Below, piece by piece: positions 19,099 to 26,931 of a stretch of 64,000 nt of DNA. The stretch comes from Endomicrobiales bacterium (GTDB lineage Bacteria > Elusimicrobiota > Endomicrobiia > Endomicrobiales > CAWCFT01): contig CAWCFT010000015.1 in NCBI GenBank assembly GCA_963794945.1, positions 121,454 to 185,453 of the forward strand. The letters are read 5' to 3'. The notes beneath the pieces are model-generated. The model made no database searches, was not told the origin of the DNA, and saw only the letters and a program-made list of their open reading frames with translations. The translations under genes were made by a program, and so were the position numbers. Position 1 is the first letter of the stretch. Each line of letters opens with the position of its first letter.

Positions 19099-20361
19099 AT
19101 GGCAATGAAAAGAGTAGCTAAAAATGGAGTAAAAAGCAATGAGGTAAGAAGTGAGGAAGTGGTGTCGGCGGATGCAAGCCGAGAAGCGCGAATTGCAATG
19201 ATACAGGCGCTTATTCCATTAGGACTGGAAGCGGTATGCCAAGAGTTGCAACGAGAGGTTACGGAGCTTGCGGGAGTACGGTACGGGCGAGAAGGCGAGG
19301 CATACCGGTGGGGTAGCAACAAGGGGTCAGTATACGTCGGTGATCAGAAGTTGCGCATAACGGTACCCCGAGTGCGCAAGGCTGGCAGCAATGAAGAGAT
19401 TCCGCTTAAAGGGTACCAGCGGTTACGAGAGACAGGTATAATTGATGACATTGCGTTACGGCGTGTAATTCACGGCGTGAGCAGCCAGAACTACCGTGCG
19501 GCTGCAATAGCGATTCCAGAGACCTTCGGGATAGCACGCAACAGTGTGTCAAAGTTATGGATACGCGCATCAAGCAAGAAACTGAGAGAGTTGCAGGAGC
19601 GTTCTTTGGATGAGTACGACATTGTTTCGATCATTCTTGACGGTAAATCGTTTGGCGACAATGAGATGATTATAGGGCTTGGTGTGACCCTGACAGGGAA
19701 TAAAGTAATCCTGGGGATGATTGAATCGAACACAGAGAACTTTACGGTATGCCGTGATTTTCTTAACAGTTTGGTTGCCCGAGGGTTGAGTTTGGACAAA
19801 GAATACCTGTTTATTATAGACGGTGGCAAGGGATTAAGAAAAGCGATTGGATCGGTGTTCGGAAAGAAGGGCATTGTGCAGCGGTGTCAGTGGCATAAAC
19901 GTGAGAACGTGGCCGGATATTTGCCGAAAGAGAAGCAGGCGGAGTGGCGAAGAAAGCTACAGGCGGCGTATGAACAGCCGGACTATGAAAAGGCCAGGAA
20001 GCGTTTAAAGTCGCTGCGGAACGAACTGGAGCGGATAAATATTTCAGCAGTACGAAGCCTTGATGAGGGGTTTGAAGAAACGCTTACACTACACCGGCTG
20101 GGCGTATTTGAAGAGCTGGGAATCAGTTTCAAAACGACCAACCTTATTGAGAACGTCAACAGCGGTCTTCAACGCCGGACAGGAAGGGTAACGCGCTGGC
20201 ATACGAGTGACCAGCGTCAACGGTGGGTGGCAACAGCGCTGCTAGAAATAGAACCTCGGTTAAACAAATTGAGGGGTTACAAATATCTGCCGATGTTGCG
20301 TATGGCGATGAAATCATTTGCGTCGGAAAACGAAGATCAGGAACTTGGGCAAGCGGCTTGA
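19099..20361 (+). CDS. IS256/Mutator-family DDE transposase
   Basis: VPRVR, LDG, IIDGGKGL, QRCQWHK..N, TTN.IE..N. Confidence 0.95.
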   Translation: MAMKRVAKNGVKSNEVRSEEVVSADASREARIAMIQALIPLGLEAVCQELQREVTELAGVRYGREGEAYRWGSNKGSVYVGDQKLRITVPRVRKAGSNEEIPLKGYQRLRETGIIDDIALRRVIHGVSSQNYRAAAIAIPETFGIARNSVSKLWIRASSKKLRELQERSLDEYDIVSIILDGKSFGDNEMIIGLGVTLTGNKVILGMIESNTENFTVCRDFLNSLVARGLSLDKEYLFIIDGGKGLRKAIGSVFGKKGIVQRCQWHKRENVAGYLPKEKQAEWRRKLQAAYEQPDYEKARKRLKSLRNELERINISAVRSLDEGFEETLTLHRLGVFEELGISFKTTNLIENVNSGLQRRTGRVTRWHTSDQRQRWVATALLEIEPRLNKLRGYKYLPMLRMAMKSFASENEDQELGQAA

Positions 20362-20983
20362 CTGTGGCTTGTTTCAACTAAGAAAAGGATTGACTCCACC
20401 ACTACTACCGGGAGAAATAGGTGCTGTAAATTGTATAAGTTCAACACCGTTGTATTTTCTTTTTGGATAGCTAATTATCCCCTCACCAACAGTAGCCTCT
20501 AAACCCATTGGAGAACCAATTGTAAATACTTTTTCGCCTACTTTAATATTTACTGAATCGCCTATTCTTGCGAATGGAGTTCCCTTTGCATCAAATTGGA
20601 GTATGATAATATCATACTCAGGGCTAACACCAACAACATCTTTTAATCGATAATATGCTCCGGAAGGAAGTTTGGCTTGAACGTCATATGCCCTACTAAC
20701 AACATGATAATTTGTTACTAGCTTGCCTTTAGAGTCAAGAAAAATACCGCTTCCAGTAGCAATAGTATTCCCTTGTCTATCTAAAGAAATAATAGTCGCA
20801 ATTGCTTCGGAATTTTCAGAAAGTATAATAGTTTTGTTCCTATCCAAATACTTTTCAATAACAACACCCGCAATGAACGCTAAAATTAAGGCAATAATTA
20901 TTTCTTTTGCAAATTTTCTAAATAAAAATAGTATTTTCATTCTCAATACCTCTCTAAACAGGCTAAATTTGACTTAACGACAT

Positions 20984-21310
20984 TTACTCCCATTTATCCT
21001 TCTGTTTAGCTTCTTCTTTAGTTTGCCATTGCATATTAGAAGGCGTATCTGCACCACCACGCTTTAAGGGTACAACATGATCAACTACATACCCTTTTCT
21101 GCCATGTGGATACCCAGTTTGTTTCTCAAAAGCTCTTTTGGCTTTTTCGCTTCTCTTTATTCTACCCTTAGAATCTCTTTGTACACCCACAGCATAATTA
21201 GATTTATGCTTGCCTGTATGAGAATAACCTGAATCATACTTTTTTGTGCGTGCCTCTACATGCGAAAAAGCAAGTAAGCATAAAGTCATTAATACAATTA
21301 TTCTTTTCAT
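20984..21310 (-). CDS. Secreted HNH-type endonuclease
   Basis: Signal peptide ending HVEA; VDHVVPL.RGGAD...NMQW. Confidence 0.8.
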   Translation of the reverse strand: MKRIIVLMTLCLLAFSHVEARTKKYDSGYSHTGKHKSNYAVGVQRDSKGRIKRSEKAKRAFEKQTGYPHGRKGYVVDHVVPLKRGGADTPSNMQWQTKEEAKQKDKWE

Positions 21311-21345
21311 ACTCTAGAGAGTGGTTAGTGCAGTTTATTTCAAAT

Positions 21346-22551
21346 CTATTTCACGCTATTTCGTGGCACTGTGCTGTCCAATTTGGACACAAATGAATTT
21401 ACAATTGAACTAAATACATTATCATTTTTATTAGCAATTCTATTATACTTATCTACCTCTGAATTGTATTCGCCAATTTCCTGTGTAATCTTTTGAATTA
21501 ATTTATTGTGCGGATTAACCAGATTATTGTAATCATTTATATCATTACTCTTTTTATCATACTCCATTTCATTATTAACAGATGTTAACTGAAGTTTATC
21601 GGTTTCTATTTGGTTATTTAATGCTATTAACTCAGTTTTATATTTGGCAAGTTCTGCACCTTTCTGTTGTTTAGCATTCATGAATACAATATAACACGTA
21701 ATACAAACGGCAACTAATGCAACTTGTATAATGTTCGTTTTTCTTTTTTGTTTTTCCAATATTTTAATTGTGTTTGGGACATGTTTAGGTTTAATAAACA
21801 TATTATTGGACAAATAGTATCGGGCATCCGGTTTTATGAAACCAATTACATCTTCCAAACTGCTTCCTCGTTCTTTTAAATATATCCGTGTAAAACGGCT
21901 ATATTCTTCTGGCTTAAAATATCCAAATGAAAATTTTTCTGTACGCCAGTAAAGAAACCCTATACACACCAAAATTATTGTTAGCCACCAGTTTGATGAA
22001 TATTTATAGCCATTTATTACAAGTAATGGTAATCCTGTATATATTGTAGCCAGATCAGTCAATAGTTCGTTTTCTCTCACATCTTCTAATCTTATACCTA
22101 AGCGATCCAAATACAGATGCATTATTTCGTGAGCAAGAACTGCACCAATTGCGAAAGGGTCATTACAATATCTAGTGTTTACCAATATTATTTCTGTTGT
22201 CTTATCCTCTATAATTCTTTTTGTGAATATGCCCGGCACATCCCCCGCCCTAAGTTCTACAAGCATTTTTGAATCTACAAAATCCACAATACAGTTATTT
22301 GCAGGAATCTTAAGAATATCAAATATACTTTTTGCCATATAACGTATGCCGTCAGAACCACCTATGAAATATTGTTTGTAAATGTCATCCGGAAAAAATA
22401 GATTATTTTGAACATCTATGGGTAGCTTGTCTTTCAGAAGTTTAATTTTATCATTCGTATTTATAGATGTGTTTAAAAGCTTTGCCTTACATTTAGTACA
22501 AAACGTATTTATATCGTTATTTTTAGTTCCACACGCTTTACAAGTAAGCAT
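21346..22551 (-). CDS. Zinc-ribbon + HExxH metallopeptidase-like membrane protein with coiled coil
   Basis: N-terminal CxxC-x10-CxxC, AHEIMH...ENELLTD, two TM segments, C-terminal heptads. Confidence 0.6.
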   Translation of the reverse strand: MLTCKACGTKNNDINTFCTKCKAKLLNTSINTNDKIKLLKDKLPIDVQNNLFFPDDIYKQYFIGGSDGIRYMAKSIFDILKIPANNCIVDFVDSKMLVELRAGDVPGIFTKRIIEDKTTEIILVNTRYCNDPFAIGAVLAHEIMHLYLDRLGIRLEDVRENELLTDLATIYTGLPLLVINGYKYSSNWWLTIILVCIGFLYWRTEKFSFGYFKPEEYSRFTRIYLKERGSSLEDVIGFIKPDARYYLSNNMFIKPKHVPNTIKILEKQKRKTNIIQVALVAVCITCYIVFMNAKQQKGAELAKYKTELIALNNQIETDKLQLTSVNNEMEYDKKSNDINDYNNLVNPHNKLIQKITQEIGEYNSEVDKYNRIANKNDNVFSSIVNSFVSKLDSTVPRNSVK

Positions 22552-22571
22552 TATATTTTCACCTCTATAAT

Positions 22572-22604
22572 AAAAAAAACCACACCGCTGTTAAACGTGT
22601 GGTT
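22572..22604 (-). terminator. Intrinsic terminator just upstream of the metallopeptidase gene
   Basis: AACCACAC...GTGTGGTT followed by T-run. Confidence 0.7.
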
Positions 22605-22677
22605 ACTTAATTATCTGATTGCCGGATTCCTGCCCCAAATCTCCATCTCATACCCCAAGAAATGCGACTATGTAGAT

Positions 22678-22706
22678 ATGATATATCTTTGAAAGGTGGG
22701 TGTCAA
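22678..22706 (-). promoter_or_regulatory. Sigma70-like promoter
   Basis: TTGACA-N17-TATCAT. Confidence 0.65.
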
Positions 22707-22718
22707 GGAATGCAATAT

Positions 22719-23210
22719 TTATTCAAACCATCTAACAGACAAAAATTTATTACCTATTCTATTCAATCTTCCATCTCGTGTAAGAATTGTTACGTTTTCT
22801 TTCCCGTGAATATAGCACAATTCTATTCCCATCGCGATTATTAAAATATCAAGTGAACTTAGATAGCCTTCTTTCTTACCAATAGGCGTTGTGTGTTCTT
22901 CTTTAAATATTTTATCTGAATTTATATTATGATACCTATGTAAATCATATGCATATAGCAAGTTCCTATCATGGACAGCTTTAATAAAGTTTCCTCTCCA
23001 TTCGTTGTATATCTTTTCATCCAGCTTCCCATTTTTATAATCCCTAAAACAGTATTTTGCAAACGTATTCAATACTTCCGTTATACAAAACTGTGGGATA
23101 TATAAAAAAGCTTGCCCCAAAGCTTTTTCTTGGAAAAAATCAAGTTTAGTTTTTCCGGCATTTTCTATAGCATAGACAAAAGCCGAAGTATCTATCAAAT
23201 AATACTTCAT
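22719..23210 (-). CDS. PIN-domain (VapC-like) ribonuclease
   Basis: YLIDTSA, TEV, SSLDILI and LTRD acidic PIN residues. Confidence 0.85.
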   Translation of the reverse strand: MKYYLIDTSAFVYAIENAGKTKLDFFQEKALGQAFLYIPQFCITEVLNTFAKYCFRDYKNGKLDEKIYNEWRGNFIKAVHDRNLLYAYDLHRYHNINSDKIFKEEHTTPIGKKEGYLSSLDILIIAMGIELCYIHGKENVTILTRDGRLNRIGNKFLSVRWFE

Positions 23211-23221
23211 AATTAAACGAT

Positions 23222-23386
23222 TTAGCGATAACGGCGAGATTCTTCGAGTAATCTGGATGGAGAGCCTTTACATTCTTTCGTGATATTATGCATTTTTTCA
23301 ACAGCTCTAAGCCCCATGACAATATTATTGTCAATCTTCTTGCCATTGTCCTTAGCTTCTTTAATAATCTTCTGAACGTAAGTCAT
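23222..23386 (-). CDS. 54-aa ORF absent from the ORF track; candidate antitoxin
   Basis: MTYVQKIIKEAK...SRLLEESRRYR; AAGGGG RBS; 11 nt before the PIN start; TTGCTA-N17-TATAAT promoter at 23420-23448. Confidence 0.6.
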   Translation of the reverse strand: MTYVQKIIKEAKDNGKKIDNNIVMGLRAVEKMHNITKECKGSPSRLLEESRRYR

Positions 23387-23676
23387 ATAATTGCCCCTTT
23401 TAAACGGTTGTTCTCTATAATTATAATATCACACAACATGATTAGCAATGACTTTTTCGAATTAAGAATGATTGAAGTGTCACCATACTATCTTAAATAG
23501 CTACAAAAGTCAAATCCCCCTTCCTAAACTATCCCCCAACTAAAGATAAAGTCTCGGTGGGTCAAACTCTAGAAAATACCACCATTGGTGATCATTCTTA
23601 TTATCTACAACCCCTAAAAGAATGCTTTGCTAAAGACATCCCTTGTTTTACATGGGTATACGATACCCAAGTGAAA

Positions 23677-23699
23677 AAGTTTGTCCAAAGTTTGTTTGT
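23677..23699. repeat. Putative integrase arm-type site (right)
   Basis: aagtttgtccaaagtttgtttgt. Confidence 0.7.
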
Positions 23700-23810
23700 G
23701 ACTGCCCAAAAGCAGGGCAAACCAAACTGAAATACTCAGAAATTGACAGCGTAATAGTTTATGTGATTTATCGTAGGAAAAAGGAATATAGGTGAAGGGC
23801 TGTTGTTATA

Positions 23811-23854
23811 GATTTTAAGTCCTGTGCGTCTGCCAGTTCCGCCACCCCGGCACT
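23811..23854 (-). repeat. att core (right): 5' half of tRNA-Leu only
   Basis: Identical to 13708-13751; sequence diverges after the anticodon loop. Confidence 0.95.
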
Positions 23855-23869
23855 TTTGAAAATCGCTTT

Positions 23870-23899
23870 ATTATACAATAAGGTTTCTGTTAGTGTCAA
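23870..23899 (-). promoter_or_regulatory. Native tRNA-Leu promoter
   Basis: TTGACA-N18-TATAAT, 18 nt upstream of the tRNA 5' fragment. Confidence 0.75.
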
Positions 23900-24027
23900 T
23901 TTAGCCTGTTTTTCATCAAAGCCGTTTGTTCCCAAGTATTGCCTATCCCTGAACACCGAAACTCTACAGTTGGCTAACGCCTATTTTTTGCGCCGCACCA
24001 TCTTCACGAAATGCCCAAGATATTTAA

Positions 24028-25479
24028 TTAATGCAGTTTTGTACGAGTCGTTGGTATGTTTTTATCCTTTAACCAGGATTTGAATATTTGTTTAGCAAAA
24101 GTTGCGCAGGCCGCTTTTAAGCCTTTTAAAGAATCGGCTTGTTTAGTAAAAGTGTGCGTTACCTTTCCTGATTTAATATTAATAATATTAACCTTAAGGG
24201 AGTAGCCGCCTTCAACCTTTGTCAAAGAACCGATAATAGTTTGTTTTACGTTAAGTATTCTGCCTAACTCAATTGCGCAGTCAAGCTCGCTGCAGCCCTG
24301 CTGGTTAAAGTACTGCGGTTCAAGCGTTCTCTCCATATCGGGCCTGTCAACTACATCGAATTTCCCTATCTTAATGAGCTCCTCGCGTAAAGAATCTGAT
24401 ATATATGAAGCGGTCAATTGCGGTAACCCAACCGCAGAGAACCTTGCGACAGCCATATCCATTGGCATCCTAAGCTGATAGCGCGGCGGCTGAAACTTAG
24501 GCGGTGCAGGGACCGTCTTGTGTTTAGGAGGCATTTTTTTGGCGGCAGGGAACCTGTACCCAATAGTCAGGCTTTGCGTGGGGCCAAGATAAACCCCCGG
24601 TAAGTACGCGTACCCTATCACGATATTCTTAATAACGAACTGGATGCCTGTGTGAAAATTTGTTTCATCGTCATTGAATCTGTAACCAAGGTTCATTGAG
24701 ATGTTCCCAATCCCTATTTCCACCCCAGCCTCAGGGAACTGCGTGTTGTCCTGAATATTGTTCGTTACTCCAGCTCCCGTAAGCACATAAAAATTGCCAT
24801 TGTTCCAGACATACCCCATGCCGATATAGTTTGAAGTAGGTAAAGGGTTTGACTGGTCTATAAATTTCGTTGAACTGCCGATATTCTGCATAGCAAGCGA
24901 CACGGTAAGGTTTGGAAACGGCAGGTAAAATATTCCTATATCTCCTGCTACTGCAGACGCGGTGCTGCGCTGGGCTATATTGCTCGTGGCGCCCTTTAAC
25001 GTCATCCCCGCGTAGAGGTTGGACAATATCGGATGCTCATATGACAATAGCCCCAGAGTGTCGCTCTCCAGAGAAACGTTTTCGGTATTTAATCCTCCGT
25101 CGTTCCCTATCCAGTTAAGATCAACCGAGCCGGCATCGTAGTAGCCTCCCCCAATGCTTAACATGCCTTTACCTACCGGTATGCCTACAAGCGCGGCTCC
25201 AAGTTTGTCATCGGCAAAACCGAGTTCTGAAATGAACAGGAGCTGCTTTGATGATAAGGTCCCGGCCATAGCCGGGTTATAAAGCACACCTGCGAGGTTT
25301 GAATAACCGGGAGAGGTCACGGACAGCGCCCTGAATTGGGAGGACTCTATCCTGTTAAATATAGTCCAGCCCGAAGAATCGGACGCTGCATAGACGCTGC
25401 AATTATAAAAAGCAAATATGATCAGTGATAAAAATACTTTACGGCGGCTATTATTCATAACAATATTACAATGCTCCAA
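24028..25479 (-). CDS. PorV/PorQ-like barrel fused to a CsgG/FlgO-like C-terminal domain
   Basis: LYNPA, YYDAG, AGDIG and QNIG barrel motifs; Pro-rich linker; F.VVDR......GC...CAIELG..L.V. Confidence 0.65.
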   Translation of the reverse strand: MEHCNIVMNNSRRKVFLSLIIFAFYNCSVYAASDSSGWTIFNRIESSQFRALSVTSPGYSNLAGVLYNPAMAGTLSSKQLLFISELGFADDKLGAALVGIPVGKGMLSIGGGYYDAGSVDLNWIGNDGGLNTENVSLESDTLGLLSYEHPILSNLYAGMTLKGATSNIAQRSTASAVAGDIGIFYLPFPNLTVSLAMQNIGSSTKFIDQSNPLPTSNYIGMGYVWNNGNFYVLTGAGVTNNIQDNTQFPEAGVEIGIGNISMNLGYRFNDDETNFHTGIQFVIKNIVIGYAYLPGVYLGPTQSLTIGYRFPAAKKMPPKHKTVPAPPKFQPPRYQLRMPMDMAVARFSAVGLPQLTASYISDSLREELIKIGKFDVVDRPDMERTLEPQYFNQQGCSELDCAIELGRILNVKQTIIGSLTKVEGGYSLKVNIINIKSGKVTHTFTKQADSLKGLKAACATFAKQIFKSWLKDKNIPTTRTKLH

Positions 25480-25503
25480 AATACTGCTTTAGCTATTTTT
25501 AAA

Positions 25504-25545
25504 GCTACAGGCTACAAGCTCAGCCTAAAGCTCGTAGCCTGAAGC
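25504..25545. repeat. Inverted heptamer array, (GCTACAG)n-like
   Basis: gctacaggctacaag versus ctcgtagcctgaagc (13/15 inverted). Confidence 0.6.
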
Positions 25546-25582
25546 GTAGTGTTGTCCTGCGGGACACGGCTCACTTCTTAAC

Positions 25583-26884
25583 CTAAAGTTTGATTATTTT
25601 GCTGCTTTTTGATCCCTTTTGTCGCGTTGCGGCTGTCTATAATAAGCGGCGCGCGCGTTTTACTATATCGGCGTAATCTATGGCAGTGTGATTGGTAACT
25701 ATCACGGCAGCGTCATAATTGTTGATATTCTTAAGATTCTTAACAGACTTGAATGTTTTGCCGCCCATCTTGAAATACGGTATGTAGGGATCGTAGTATT
25801 CGGTTACCGCTTTCCTGTCCATGAGAAGCTTGAAAACATCCAAAGACGGTGATTCCCTGATATCATTCACGTCCTTTTTATACGCCATACCGATGAGCAG
25901 GATCCTCGCGCCGCGTATGCTCTTTCCGTGGTCGTTAACCGCGTCGACTATTTTTTGGACCAGGTGTTCGGGCATCTTTGAGTTCATTTCTCCAGCAAGC
26001 TCTATAAAACGAGAGTAAAAATTGAGCGTTTTAAGCTTCCACGACAGGTAGTGAGGGTCAAGCGGTATGCAATGCCCTCCGATACCGGGCCCCGGGTAGA
26101 ACGGCATGAACCCGAAAGGCTTCGTGCCCGCAGCGTCTATTATTTCCCAGACATCAAGTTTCAGGCGGTCACACATAAGGGCGACTTCGTTGACAAGCGC
26201 GATATTTACGGCCCGGAACGTATTCTCGAGCAGTTTTACCATCTCCGCCGCTTCCGGAGAAGAGACGTATTTTACGGAAGAAGTTATTTTAGAGTAAAGG
26301 CTGCTGGCAAGAGCGCCGCACTTAGGCGTTATGCCGCCAACTACTTTTGGCGTGTTGCTTATATTAAATTTGGGGTTGCTCGGATCAACTCTCTCGGGGC
26401 TGAACGCCAGGAATATATCCCTGCCGCATTTAAGCCCGTTCTTTTCTATCATTGGCAGTACAAGCTCGCGTGTTGTGCCGGGATACGTTGTTGATTCAAG
26501 CACGATCAACTGCCCTTTCCTTATGGTTTGGGATATACTTTTAGTAGCGGAGATTATATAGGATACGTCCGGATCCTTTGATTTCCGGAGAGGTGTCGGT
26601 ACACAAACTATTATGGCATCCTGGTACTTGAGCTTTAAAAAATCTACCGTAGCCTTTAGTTTGCCGGAGGACACCAACGCCGCAAGGTCGGAGGTTTTAA
26701 CATCTCCTATGTAAGACTTTCTCGCGTTTATACTTGATACCTTCTTGCTGTCAACCTCAAAACCTGTAACTTCAAAACCCGCTTTACCCAGCTCAACAGC
26801 AAGAGGAAGCCCTACGTACCCCAGCCCGATGATGCCCACCTTTGCGTTGCATCCGTTGATCACTTCGCTCAATTTTTTGTACAT
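25583..26884 (-). CDS. UDP-N-acetylhexosamine/UDP-glucose 6-dehydrogenase (WbpA/WecC family); 3' end frameshifted
   Basis: GLGYVG, CVPTP, LEST, SPER, GGHCIP, AYKKD..D.RES; IDSRN continues in another frame. Confidence 0.92.
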
Positions 26885-26931
26885 CGCAAATTCTCCTTTT
26901 GATAACTATTGACTTTACCGCGCCTTAAATC

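Larger units (their letters stand above)
19003..20396 (+). mobile_element. IS256-family insertion sequence (1394 bp)
   Basis: Imperfect IRs GAGAATTTCCTATAATCAGTTGAAA / GAGTCAATCCTTTTCTTAGTTGAAA (17/25); 9-bp TSD caccactac at 18994-19002 and 20397-20405. Confidence 0.93.
18389..20946 (-). pseudogene. Membrane-anchored trypsin-like serine protease-TPR fusion interrupted by IS256
   Basis: Removing the IS and one 9-bp TSD restores a 384-aa ORF: TM, TNYHV, D, ISPGSSGGGLF, then TPRs. Confidence 0.9.
13708..23854 (-). mobile_element. Integrative element / satellite-like island in tRNA-Leu(UAA)
   Basis: Perfect 44-bp direct repeats at 13708-13751 and 23811-23854; integrase and Xis at one end; visibly AT-rich; no capsid, tail or conjugation genes recognised. 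Confidence 0.92.

Noticed and set aside
23811..23851. Second tRNA-Leu gene
   Set aside because: It lacks the variable arm, T arm and 3' acceptor strand; it is the att duplicate
13708..23854. Complete prophage or ICE
   Set aside because: No terminase, capsid, tail, relaxase or T4SS genes recognised
23768..23956. 62-aa ORF containing AGVAELADAQDLKS
   Set aside because: This is a translation of the tRNA fragment and its promoter
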